64,000 bases of DNA from Alphaproteobacteria bacterium. Lineage in GTDB: Bacteria; Pseudomonadota; Alphaproteobacteria; GCA-2731375. The stretch lies in assembly GCA_965232515.1 (NCBI GenBank), contig CBDDPY010000002.1:4064001-4128000 (forward strand), read 5' to 3'. The position numbers and the translations under genes are program-made. The stretch's first letter is position 1, and every line of letters begins with the position of its first letter. The notes under the pieces are model-generated. The model worked only from the letters and a program-made list of their open reading frames with translations. It was not told the origin of the DNA and searched no databases. Positions 29,054 through 40,900 of the stretch are shown here, piece by piece.

Positions 29054-30441
29054 TTCGGTATGCCCGGCTCGCCCAGATCCCAGAACAGACCTGTCATCAT
29101 CGCCAGGCCCTCCCGGGCGATCGGCGCCAGCATGTGCTCGTTCGGCGCATGCTGCGAGCAGGCGGCGTAGGAATGCGGCACCCAGATCGTCGGCACGCCG
29201 ATCACGTCGGCGAAGATGTCGTTCGGCAGCGAGCCGCCCAGGTTCGGCACCACCATCGGCGGCTTGTTCATGGTGCGGGCGACCGACGCCGTCGCCCATT
29301 GCACCCAGGGGTGATCCGGCAGCAGACGCGTCGCGTGCATAATGAAGTCGCGCTCGGTCTGCTCGACAATGACATCGGTATAACCATTGGCGTCGAGATG
29401 CCGGCGGATCGCCGGCAGGAAGGTGGCGGGATCGCGATCGACGGTGAAGCGGATCTGGCACCAGGCCCGGGCGCGCGGCGGAATGGCGTTCACGACCTTG
29501 TCGGGATTGCCGGCCTTGAAGGCCAGCACCTCGAAGGTGTTCCAGCCGAACACGCGCTCGACCGGCGTCAGGCCCGGTTCGCCCCAATCCGGCTCGATCT
29601 CGGGCCCGTCCTTGCCGCCGTCGACCTGACAGCTCGCCAGCGCCTCCTTCACGGACGGCGGGATCGCCTCCGGCTTGATTTCCGGCACCAGGATCTCGCC
29701 CTTCGGGCCGACGATGGAGGCGAGCGCGTTCGCCAGCCGCACGCCGGCGTTGGAAATCAAGCCGCCCCAATTGCCGGAATGATGGCCGCCTTCGCGCAGG
29801 TCGAGCGACAGCTCGAAATTGATGGCGCCGCGGGTGCCGAGGAAGATCGTCGGTTCGCCCGGCACCAGGCGCGGGCCGTCGGAGCCGATCAGCACGTCGG
29901 CCTGCAGACGGTCGCGGTGCTCGGCGCTGAACTCGCGCAGGCCCGGCGACCCGATCTCCTCGGACATGTCGATGAAGATCTTGGAATTGAAGCCGAGGCG
30001 ATCCCGGACGCGCAGCACCGAGGCCAGCGCGGCGATGTTGATGCTGTGCTGGCCCTTGTTGTCGGCGGTACCGCGGCCATAGAGGCGATCGCCCTCGCGC
30101 GTCAGCGTCCAGGGGTCCAACCCCTCCCGCCATTCGGCCTCAAGCCCGCGCACGACATCGCCATGCCCGTAGGTCAGGACGGTCGGCAGATCGTCGCCCT
30201 CGTGCCGCTCGGCGACGAGCAGCGGACCGCCACCTTCGACGGGGTTTTCGAAGACCTCGAAACTGTAGCCCATCTTCGCCAGCGTCGGCCCGATCTCGTC
30301 TTCGAGATAAGCATAGAGCGCCGGCCGGTGCTGTGCCTCCTGCGCGGTCGATGGGATCGCGACCCGGCGCGCCAGATCGTCGAAGAAACCGCCACCATCG
30401 AAATAGGCCATCGCTTCGGCGACGGCGTCGGCCCGGCTCAT
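29050..30441 (-). CDS. M20 family metallo-amidohydrolase/dipeptidase
   Basis: Metal ligands YGHGDV, GRGTADNKG, EEIGS, SDG and QHAPNE; HSGNWGG. Confidence 0.92.
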   Translation of the reverse strand: MSRADAVAEAMAYFDGGGFFDDLARRVAIPSTAQEAQHRPALYAYLEDEIGPTLAKMGYSFEVFENPVEGGGPLLVAERHEGDDLPTVLTYGHGDVVRGLEAEWREGLDPWTLTREGDRLYGRGTADNKGQHSINIAALASVLRVRDRLGFNSKIFIDMSEEIGSPGLREFSAEHRDRLQADVLIGSDGPRLVPGEPTIFLGTRGAINFELSLDLREGGHHSGNWGGLISNAGVRLANALASIVGPKGEILVPEIKPEAIPPSVKEALASCQVDGGKDGPEIEPDWGEPGLTPVERVFGWNTFEVLAFKAGNPDKVVNAIPPRARAWCQIRFTVDRDPATFLPAIRRHLDANGYTDVIVEQTERDFIMHATRLLPDHPWVQWATASVARTMNKPPMVVPNLGGSLPNDIFADVIGVPTIWVPHSYAACSQHAPNEHMLAPIAREGLAMMTGLFWDLGEPGIPN

Positions 30442-30485
30442 GGATTACCCCCGGATGCTGTCAGTTCGGTTCCAAAAAACACGGA

Positions 30486-30497
30486 CAGGCTACCGCA
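30486..30497 (-). promoter_or_regulatory. ops-like RfaH recruitment element
   Basis: Minus strand TGCGGTAGCCTG differs from consensus GGCGGTAGnnTG only at position 1. It sits between rfaH and the M20-neu operon in the transcribed orientation. Confidence 0.65.
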
Positions 30498-30541
30498 GAC
30501 CGGGTGCCCGCGCATCCAGTCGGCTTATCGATGTGCACGCC

Positions 30542-31045
30542 CTATCCTGCCCGGCTCACGGCATCCTGCGGCAGCTTGACGCGCACCCGCCGCCCGAGCA
30601 GATCGAGCAGGATGACGACCCGCTGATCGTCGCTGACGCCGTCGAACAGGCCAACCTGGTCACAAAGGGCGCCGTCCTCGATCCGTACCTTGTCGCCACG
30701 GCACATATGCTCGACATCGGAAATCTGGACATAGCCGGCCTCGTTCTCGCGTTCGCGAATTTCGTCGATGATCTGCGGCGCCACCGGCGACGGTCTGCGG
30801 CCGAAGGCGACGAGATAACCGACGCCCGGCGCCGACGAAATCAGCGGCTTCTGGCCGGCCTCGAGATCGGCCTCGACGAACAGGTAACGGGGAAACAGCG
30901 GCCGGGCGACGATATCCACCTTGCGCGCATGCCGGCGCTTCTTCTGATACATCGGCAGGTAGACCTCGAAACCCCGTTCCCAGAGGTTCGAGCGCGCCCA
31001 CAGCTCCATACGCAGGTTGGTGTAGACGGCATACCAGGATTTCAC
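30542..31045 (-). CDS. rfaH: transcription antiterminator RfaH (NusG paralog)
   Basis: WYAVYT, GFEVYLP, PLFPRYLFV (NGN domain); KOW GDKVRI..G; RVVILLDLLGR. Confidence 0.9.
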   Translation of the reverse strand: MKSWYAVYTNLRMELWARSNLWERGFEVYLPMYQKKRRHARKVDIVARPLFPRYLFVEADLEAGQKPLISSAPGVGYLVAFGRRPSPVAPQIIDEIRERENEAGYVQISDVEHMCRGDKVRIEDGALCDQVGLFDGVSDDQRVVILLDLLGRRVRVKLPQDAVSRAG

Positions 31046-31704
31046 TGGTCGGCTCCCCCTTGTCCGTATGTCATTGCGTCGCGGGCGATCTTGAGAACGT
31101 CCGGCGTCAGTACGCGTTCCGCACCAAACTTGTCACGCAGTAATTCGAAGGTGCGCTGCGGGCGGGCCACGTCGGTAACCAGAACGACATCCACGGCGCC
31201 GAGGGACTCCAACTCGCTGACCAGCGGCAGGTGGCGAAACCGGTTTGCCTTCGTTCTCGAATCGACGACGCCCACGACCTCGAGGTCGTATTGCATCGCG
31301 CAGAGAACGGCGATTTCGGCCAGTTCACCGGCGCCGGCCAGCGCGACCTTTTTGGCGCCGGCGTCAGCGGCTTCGCGCAGCAGATCGTCGCAGGCGTTCC
31401 GCGCCTCGCGATAGAACTGAAACGAGTTGAACAGATATGAGGCCGTCAGCCGGCTCTTCTCGCGAAAACCGGTCGGCGTCAGGTAGTAAGCATAGCGATT
31501 TGGCGGAATCCGCTGCACCTTGACCAACCCCTTGCGGACGCAGCGCTTGAGATAGGCGTTGGTCAAACCGAGCGCGATATTCAGGCGCGCGGCAAGCGAC
31601 CGCTGCGATGCCTGCCCATCGTTATGGACCGCCTGAAGCAGATCCATGGTGATGCGCGTTTCGGCCTCGTCAGGTTCCGACCGGCTGATCGCTTCGCTCG
31701 GCAT
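31042..31704 (-). CDS. MarR-type winged-helix regulator, EPS-locus associated, with C-terminal Rossmann-like domain
   Basis: SQRSLAARLNIALGLTNAYLKRCVRKGLVK...RYAYYLTPTGFREK; C-terminal LAGAGELAE; GTGA-coupled to rfaH. Confidence 0.88.
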   Translation of the reverse strand: MPSEAISRSEPDEAETRITMDLLQAVHNDGQASQRSLAARLNIALGLTNAYLKRCVRKGLVKVQRIPPNRYAYYLTPTGFREKSRLTASYLFNSFQFYREARNACDDLLREAADAGAKKVALAGAGELAEIAVLCAMQYDLEVVGVVDSRTKANRFRHLPLVSELESLGAVDVVLVTDVARPQRTFELLRDKFGAERVLTPDVLKIARDAMTYGQGGADQ

Positions 31705-31727
31705 ATTCAGTATCGTCCGCTCGCGGC

Positions 31728-31766
31728 GTTCATGATGTGAACACTATGGCGTTCATGATATGAACG
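31728..31766. promoter_or_regulatory. tandem palindromic operators GTTCA-N5-TGAAC (probable MarR sites)
   Basis: GTTCATGATGTGAAC at 31728-31742 and CGTTCATGATATGAACG at 31750-31766, 23 bp apart, just upstream of the MarR start. Confidence 0.7.
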
Positions 31767-31799
31767 TCAAGACCTGCATGGAATCAGGAGCTTATTAGG

Positions 31800-31814
31800 T
31801 TAACAATTGGTTAA
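31800..31814. promoter_or_regulatory. CtrA binding site (perfect TTAA-N7-TTAA)
   Basis: TTAACAATTGGTTAA in the divergent marR/wecA-like intergenic region, flanked by four GANTC sites. Confidence 0.7.
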
Positions 31815-31899
31815 GGCCGATTCCGGAATCACCGAATCGATTGCTATCCCTAGGGCATTTCGCCCTTACCCGACGGCGGACCGCGGGCTATAAGCGCGG

Positions 31900-32919
31900 A
31901 TGCTTTGGTTCTGGCTGGCGGTGACCGGTGCGGTGGCGTTCGGCGGCGGGTGGATCGGGACCCGGACCGTGCTGAACGCCCTGCGCCGGCGGGCCGTGCT
32001 CGATCATCCGACCGACCGGTCGAGTCATAGCGCGCCGACGCCGCGCGGCGGCGGTATCGCCATCATGGCGACGCTTCTGCTGATCTGGGGCGTCGTCGCC
32101 GTGGCCGCATCGGCGCGCCCGACCGGCATCGCGATCGTTTTGTTCGCCGCCGTCGGCCTGAGCGCCCTCTCATTCATCGACGACCTGCGCGGCCTGCCCG
32201 TCATCACCCGCCTCGCGGCGCAGGTTGTTGCCGTGGCCATCGGTCTCACCGCCTTGCCGGCCGATATGCCTGTGTTCCAGGGCCTGTTTCAGCCGACGAT
32301 GGACCTGCTGCTGACCGCCCTGCTGTGGCTCTGGTTCGTGAACCTGTTCAACTTCATGGACGGTATCGACGGCATCAGCGGCGTCGAGGGCGCGGCCGTC
32401 GGAATCGGCGTCATGCTGGTGGCGCTGGTCGGCGGCATTGCCCCGGAATGGGCGCTTTACGGCGTCGCGCTGGCCGGCGCCGTGCTGGGTTTCCTGCGTT
32501 GGAACTGGCCGCCGGCGCAGGTGTTCATGGGCGATGTCGGCAGCGTCGGGATCGGCTTCCTCGGCGGCTGGCTGCTTCTCAGTCTGGCGGCATACGGCCA
32601 GTGGGTCGCCGCGTTGATCCTGCCGCTCTACTACCTGGCGGACGCCACCATCACGCTGTTTCGCCGTCTGCTGCGCGGCGAACGGGTCTGGCGGGCGCAT
32701 CGCAGCCACTATTATCAACGGGCGGCCGAAACGCTGGGCAGCCACGGTGCCGTCAGCCTGGGAATCGCGGCAACCAACGTCAGCCTGGTCTGCCTCGCCG
32801 TCTCGGCGGCGGCCGCGCCGGGCTCGCGGGCAACGGCGCTCACGCTCGCAATTGCTGTCACGGCCGGCTTGTTGTGGTATTTCGCATCCCGAACGGACAG
32901 GCAGGGCGAAGGCGAATAG
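31900..32919 (+). CDS. MraY/WecA-family undecaprenyl-phosphate HexNAc-1-P transferase (WbpL-like)
   Basis: RSSH..TPRGGG, DD, NLFNFMDGIDG, FMGDVGS, AHRSH.YQ; multi-TM. Confidence 0.93.
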   Translation: MLWFWLAVTGAVAFGGGWIGTRTVLNALRRRAVLDHPTDRSSHSAPTPRGGGIAIMATLLLIWGVVAVAASARPTGIAIVLFAAVGLSALSFIDDLRGLPVITRLAAQVVAVAIGLTALPADMPVFQGLFQPTMDLLLTALLWLWFVNLFNFMDGIDGISGVEGAAVGIGVMLVALVGGIAPEWALYGVALAGAVLGFLRWNWPPAQVFMGDVGSVGIGFLGGWLLLSLAAYGQWVAALILPLYYLADATITLFRRLLRGERVWRAHRSHYYQRAAETLGSHGAVSLGIAATNVSLVCLAVSAAAAPGSRATALTLAIAVTAGLLWYFASRTDRQGEGE

Positions 32920-32929
32920 CGCCGGAGCG

Positions 32930-34846
32930 ATGCAGCAACCATACCTGAACAAGCGGATCGCCACCGTTGCGGCGCACGACATCGTCATGGCGGCGCTGTC
33001 GTTCGAACTGGCGATCTGGATCCGCTACTACACCTACGGCGCGCCGCAGTCGTTCGGCTTCCTGTGGGACGGCACGCTGCTGTTCGCCGCCGTCGCCGCC
33101 GTTGTGTTCTGGGCCATGGGCCTCTATCGCGGTATCTGGCACTACGCCTCGCTGTCGGACCTGATGGCGATCATCAAGGCGGTCAGCCTGGCGCTATTGG
33201 TGTTCCTGCCAGTGCTGTTCGTGGTCACGCGGCTGGAGAATTTCCCGCGCAGCGCGATCTTCATCCAGTGGCCGATCCTGGTGTTCCTGCTGGCCGGACC
33301 GCGCCTGCTCTACCGCTACTACAAGGACGGCAACCTGGCGGCGCTGCGCCAGTCACCCAACGACGCGCGCGTGCCGGTGCTGCTGGCTGGCGCCGGCGAC
33401 CGGGCGGAGATGTTCATCCGCGAGATGACCCGCTCGCCGCGCGCCGCCTATCGCGTCGTCGGTATCGTCGACGACAAGCCGCAGCGTATCGGCCGCGACA
33501 TCCGCGGCGTGCGCGTGCTGGGCGATCTGTCGAGCATCGACGAGGTGGCCGCGAAGCTGGCGAAATCCGGCCGGGCGCCGCAGCGTCTGATCATCGCGTC
33601 CAACCGCTATGACGGCGCCACCGTCGGCCGGATCCTGGACACCGCCGACCGCCTGGGCCTGAAACTGTCGCGCATGCCGCGGCTGACCGATTTCGCCAGC
33701 GACGACAACGGCGCCCGCCTGGACCTGCGGCCGATCGATGTGGAAGACCTGCTGGGTCGGCCACAGCAGGTGTTGGACCGCGACGCCATGCGGCGGCTGA
33801 TCGGCGACCGGCGAATTCTGATCACCGGGGCCGGCGGCACCATCGGATCGGAGCTGGCCCGCCAGATTGCCGCCTTCGCGCCGAGCCGCCTGGCGCTGCT
33901 TGAGAATTCCGAGCACGCGCTCTACCGCATCGACCTGGAACTGGACGAACGTTTCCCGGATCTGGACCGGTCGCCGATCCTGGGCGACGTACGCGATCCG
34001 CGCCGCCTGTCGGTGGTGTTCGAGCGCGAACGGCCGGACCTCGTGTTCCATGCCGCCGCCTTCAAGCATGTGCCCATGGTCGAGGCCAATCCGAACGAGG
34101 GCGTGCTGACCAACGTGCTGGGCACCGCAAACGTGGCGGAAGCCTGCCGCAACGCCGGCGTCAGCGCCATGGTGATGATCTCGACCGACAAGGCCGTGAA
34201 TCCCTCGAGCGTCATGGGCGCCACCAAGCGCATCGCCGAGATGGTCTGCCAGGGACTGAGCCTGGGCGGCCACGATACGCGCTATGTGACGGTGCGCTTC
34301 GGCAACGTGCTGGGTTCGACCGGTTCGGTGGTGCCGCTGTTTCAACGGCAACTGGCGGCGGGTGGCCCGATCACGGTGACCGATCCCGATGTCACCCGTT
34401 ACTTCATGACCACGCGCGAGGCCGTCGAGCTGGTGCTGCAGGCCTCGGCCCTGGCGCCCGATGACGATGAGGCCGGCAAGATTCACGTGCTGGACATGGG
34501 CGAGCCGGTGCGCATTCAGGATCTGGCCCAGCAGATGATCCGGTTGGCCGGCCTGAAGGCAGGCAAGGACATCGAGATCGTCTTCACCGGCCTGCGGCCC
34601 GGCGAGAAGCTGACCGAAGAATTGTTCCATGCCAGCGAGGCGCCGGCGCCGACCGGCGCGCCGGGCATCCTGCTGGCCGCACCCCGGGTCATCGACTACG
34701 ACCTGCTGCGGCCGCAGATCGACAAGCTCGCCGCCGCGGCCGAGGCCCGGCGCACCGACGAGACGCTGGCCTTGATCGGCCACCTGGTGCCGGAGTATCA
34801 GGGCGCACCGCCGCCGTCCGCGCGCGCCGGCGCATCGCACCGCTAA
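32930..34846 (+). CDS. membrane-bound UDP-HexNAc 4,6-dehydratase (CapD/WbpM/PglF family)
   Basis: Four N-terminal TMs, [42 protein letters not shown]. Confidence 0.94.
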   Translation: MQQPYLNKRIATVAAHDIVMAALSFELAIWIRYYTYGAPQSFGFLWDGTLLFAAVAAVVFWAMGLYRGIWHYASLSDLMAIIKAVSLALLVFLPVLFVVTRLENFPRSAIFIQWPILVFLLAGPRLLYRYYKDGNLAALRQSPNDARVPVLLAGAGDRAEMFIREMTRSPRAAYRVVGIVDDKPQRIGRDIRGVRVLGDLSSIDEVAAKLAKSGRAPQRLIIASNRYDGATVGRILDTADRLGLKLSRMPRLTDFASDDNGARLDLRPIDVEDLLGRPQQVLDRDAMRRLIGDRRILITGAGGTIGSELARQIAAFAPSRLALLENSEHALYRIDLELDERFPDLDRSPILGDVRDPRRLSVVFERERPDLVFHAAAFKHVPMVEANPNEGVLTNVLGTANVAEACRNAGVSAMVMISTDKAVNPSSVMGATKRIAEMVCQGLSLGGHDTRYVTVRFGNVLGSTGSVVPLFQRQLAAGGPITVTDPDVTRYFMTTREAVELVLQASALAPDDDEAGKIHVLDMGEPVRIQDLAQQMIRLAGLKAGKDIEIVFTGLRPGEKLTEELFHASEAPAPTGAPGILLAAPRVIDYDLLRPQIDKLAAAAEARRTDETLALIGHLVPEYQGAPPPSARAGASHR

Positions 34847-34868
34847 AGACCCCGAACCGGAGCCGTCC

Positions 34869-36460
<1,592 letters not shown>

Positions 36461-36464
<4 letters not shown>

Positions 36465-37855
36465 CCGGCGGCGGGCGAGCGCTCCTCGCGGACGGCCAGC
36501 ATCATCAGGCCGCCGACGACCAGGAAGACGACGATGGTGGCGATGCCGATGCGCTGGCTGTTGGCGACACCGGTAACAATGCCGATAACCAGTGGCGCGA
36601 TGAACGCCGTCGCTTTGCCGGAAAGCGCGTAGAGGCCATAGAACTCGCCGATCATCTTAGGCGGCGCCAGGCGCGCCAGCATGGTGCGGCTGGCCGCCTG
36701 GGCCGGTCCGCCGAAGATCCCAATCATCATGCCGAAGACCAGGAATACCTGCTCGGCGAGCGTGCCGAACATCGCCAGCTCGGCCGGCCGTTCGTGCTCG
36801 TAATTCATGACGAACAGCACCGTGTGCCGCTCGAGATTGCCGCCGAGCGGCGTCACCGTGATCGAAACCACGCCCACGGTCGCCACCACCAGGCCGGCGA
36901 CGGCGATCAGGATCGTGCGCTTGGAACCGATGCGGTCGTCGAGCCAGCCGCCGATGCCGGCACCGATAGCAGCGACGATGATCAGAACGATGCCGAAAAT
37001 GCCGAGCTGCGTTGTCTGCCAGCCGAAGATGCCGGCGGCGTAGATACCGCCGAAGGCGAACACCGCAGTCAGGCCGTCGAAATAGATCATCCGCGCCACC
37101 AGGTAGAGCGCGATGTTCTTGTAATGCCGCAATTGCCGCAGGGTGCCGGCGAGCTGCCGCAGCCCGCGGCGCACGGCTTCGCCACGGCCCAGCCCGCTGG
37201 GGCGCGCATCGGGCGTGAACAGGAACAGCGGGATCACGAAGATGACGATCCAGATGGCCGTCAACGGGCCGACCATGCGGTCATGCTCGTGCATTGCTTT
37301 GTCGAAACCAAATAGCGGCACCTCCGGCAGGCTGAACCCGCCGAGGACGATGGCGAGCGCCAGCAGGCCGCCGACATAGCCGAGCGCCCAGGCATAGCCG
37401 CTGAGCCGGCCGAGCCGCTCTTCCGAGACCAGGCTCGGCATCATGGCGTTGTTGAAGACGATCGAGAACTCGGCGCCGATCGAGGCGATCACGATGGTCA
37501 ACAGGATCAGGAAGATGGCGCCGCCGGACGCCCCGGGCAGAGCAAACCACAACATCGTGCAGGCGACGACGCACAAGAGCTGGAACCAGAAGATCCAGGG
37601 CTTGCGCGGGCCGCCGGCGTCCGCGATCGCGCCCAGCACCGGGCTCATGAGCGCGATGACGACGCCGGCCGCGGCCTGGCCGTAACCCCAATACTCCTGC
37701 CCCAGCGTCGGATTGCCCACCACGAAGGAGGTGAAATAGGGCGCGAAAATAAAGGTGGTGACGAGCGTGAAATAGGGCTGGTTGGCCCAATCGAACATCG
37801 CCCAGCTGAACTGCGCCAGGCGGCTCGCGGGCACGGCCGGGGCCGGCGCGCTCAA
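36461..37855 (-). CDS. MFS transporter (UMF1/Atg22-like)
   Basis: [40 protein letters not shown]; about 12 TM. Confidence 0.88.
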
Positions 37856-37933
37856 CGGCCCACGGTTCCGGTTGCCGGCACTGCGCGGTCGAACGGCATC
37901 GACCGCGTCAGTTGAAACGAATCAGCTTAATCA

Positions 37934-40900
37934 TCAATGGACGATCATCATCCGAATATTGCGATTGGCAAGCGCCAGTTTCGAAATATCGAGGCCGCTG
38001 GCCTCGAAATCGTCCAACATCGTTGCACTGCGGGCGACCGCCGTCTCGTTCTGCGCACACCAGCCGGTGACCGCCTGCTCGCCGCCGGCGCCGTTCGCCG
38101 TGTCGAGCACGATGCGCGTCAGCGCCCGCTGCTGGCCGAACAGATCCTCGACAATGGCGGCGATCGCCGTGCGATCCCAATGGCTTTCGGCATGCAGCAT
38201 CTCCGCTTCGCTGCGCAGCCAATCGAGCCGCAAGCGCTCGCCAAGCACAAAATAGACCCAGCCCACGTCCTCGACCGGCCGGCCGGTGGCGCCGGCCACC
38301 TGCACGATGTCGCAAGCGGCGATCAACGGGTCCAGGCTGGCCACACGGCGGGCAAGATCCTTGGGCACGCCCTGATCGGCGTAGCGCTTGATCCGGACCG
38401 CGAGCGACTTCGCCTCGCGTTTACCCAGCATGGCGTCCAGTCCATCCATGATCTTGGCGATGCCGGGCTTGTATGTATTCAGCACGGTCGCGATGCGCAG
38501 CGGCTGCTCCATGTTGCGCAGCAGCCACATGGTCGTGCGGCGCAACAGGTTGACGCTTTGCAGCATCATCTCGATCTGCTGATCGGCGGGCACCTTGTTG
38601 TCGAGCGCCTCGATGCCATTCCACAGCCGCCGCATGTCGAAGGCGTCGCGCGCCACGGCATAGGCGCGGGCGATGGCGCCGGCATCGCAGCCGGTTTCCT
38701 GCTTGACGTCATGCACAAAGGTGACGCCGGTGCGGTTGACGATCGAGTTGGCCATCACCGTGGCGATAATCTCGGATCGCAGGCGATGCGACATGATCGC
38801 CGACTTGTATTGCTTGCGCAGCGGCCGGGGGAAGTACTTCACCAGATCGTTGGTCAGGTATTCGGATTCCGTCAGGTCGCTGTTCGCCAGCTCCTTGTCC
38901 AACACCATCTTGGCGTAGGCCAGCAGCACCGACAGCTCGGGCCGGGTCAGGCCCTGACCGACGGCGGACAGCTCCTGCACGGTATCGTCGTTCGGCAGGA
39001 ACTCGATCGCCCGGTCGAGCTGTCCGGCGCGCTCCAGCTCGCGCATGAAGCGGGCATGCGGCTCGAGCAGCGCAGGGCCCTGGCTCTCCAGCATGCTGAG
39101 CGCCTGGGTCTGCAGGTAATTGTCGCGCAGCACCAGATCGCCGACCTCGTCGGTCATCTCGGCCAAGAGGCGGTTGCGCTGCTTGCCGGTCATCTCGCCG
39201 TCGGCGACGATGGCGTCGATCAGGATCTTGATGTTGACCTCGTGGTCGGAACAGTCGACGCCGGCGGAATTGTCCACCGCGTCGGTGTTGACCCGGCCGC
39301 CGGCCTGAGCGAACTCAATGCGGCCGCGCTGGGTGCAGCCGAGATTGCCGCCCTCGCCGATTACCTTGCAGCGCAGCTCCGCGCCGTTCACCCGCAGCGG
39401 ATCGTTCGCCCGGTCGCCGACATCGTTGTTGTTCTCGTCGGCCGCCTTGACATACGTGCCGATGCCGCCGAACCAGAGCAGATCCGCATCGGCCTTGAGC
39501 AGCGCGCGCATCAGATCGTTCGGCGTCGCCCGCTCCTGCGACAGGCCGGTCAGCCGCTTGATCTCGGGCGTCAGCGTGATCGATTTCGCCTTGCGGTCGA
39601 AGACGCCGCCGCCCGCCGAGATCAGCTTCTCGTCATAGTCGAGCCATGAGGACCGCGGCAGACCGAACATCCGCTTGCGTTCCTTCCAGCTCTTGGCCGG
39701 GTGGGGATCGGGATCGATGAAGATGTGCCGGTGGTCGAAGGCCGCCAGCAGCCGGGTCTGCTTCGACAGCAGCATGCCGTTGCCGAACACGTCGCCCGAC
39801 ATGTCGCCGACGCCGACAACGGTGAAGTCCGCTTTCTGAATGTCGCGGCCGAGCTCGCGGAAATGGCGCTTGACCGACTCCCAGGCGCCTTTCGCCGTAA
39901 TGCCCATCTTCTTGTGGTCATAGCCGGCGGCGCCGCCCGAGGCGAAGGCATCGCCGAGCCAGAAGCCGTAGTCGATGGCGACCCCGTTGGCGATATCCGA
40001 GAACGTCGCCGTGCCCTTGTCGGCGGCGACGACGAGATAGGGATCGTCATCGTCGTAGCGCATGACGTCCGGCGGCGGCACCACCTCGCCGCCGGCCAGG
40101 TTGTCGGTAACGTCCAGCAGACCGCTGATGAAGGTCTTGTAGCAGGCGACGCCCTCGGCCATGAAGGCTTCGCGGTCGCCGCTTGCCGGCAACCGCTTGG
40201 GCACGAAGCCGCCCTTGCTGCCGACCGGCACGATGACGGCGTTCTTGACCATCTGCGCCTTCATCAAACCCAGTACCTCGGTGCGGAAGTCCTCACGCCG
40301 GTCGGACCAGCGCAGGCCGCCGCGGGCGACCTTGCCGCCGCGCAGATGCACGCCCTCGACGCGCGGCGAATAGACGAAGATCTCTCGGAACGGCCGCGGC
40401 AACGGCAGCTCGGCCACCGCCTGGCTGTCGAACTTCACCGACACATACGACCTCGGCTGACCGTCGTCGCCCGGCCGATAGAAGTTGGTGCGCAGAGTCG
40501 ACAGCACGAGATTGAGGAAGCGCCGCAGAATGCGGTCCTCGTCCAGGCTGACGACCTCGTCGAGCGCGAGCTCGATTTCGCCCGCCAAGGTCTCGGCCCG
40601 CTCGCCCCGCTGGCCCTCGAAATGGGGATCGAAGCGGGTGTGGAACAGCGCCACCAGCAGCCGAGTGATCTTGGGATTGCCGGCGAGCGTGTCCTCGACA
40701 TAGTCCTGGCTGAAGGTCATGCCGGCCTGGCGAAGGTACTTGGCATAGGCACGGATGATGACGACATCGCGCCAGCTCAGACCGGCCCGCATCACCAGCC
40801 GGTTGAAGCCGTCGTCCTCGACCTCGCCGCGCCAGACCTTGTCGAAGGCGTCCTCGAACTTCGCCTTCAGCTCGGCCAGGTCCAGCTCGGCCCCGGTCGG

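Noticed and set aside
28004-30133. 709-aa ORF suggesting a long N-terminal extension on NeuB2 (likewise 8159-10231, 3780-5420, 44149-45555)
   Set aside because: The extensions are off-frame overlaps of upstream genes; internal starts with stop/start coupling or coherent N-termini explain the real proteins.
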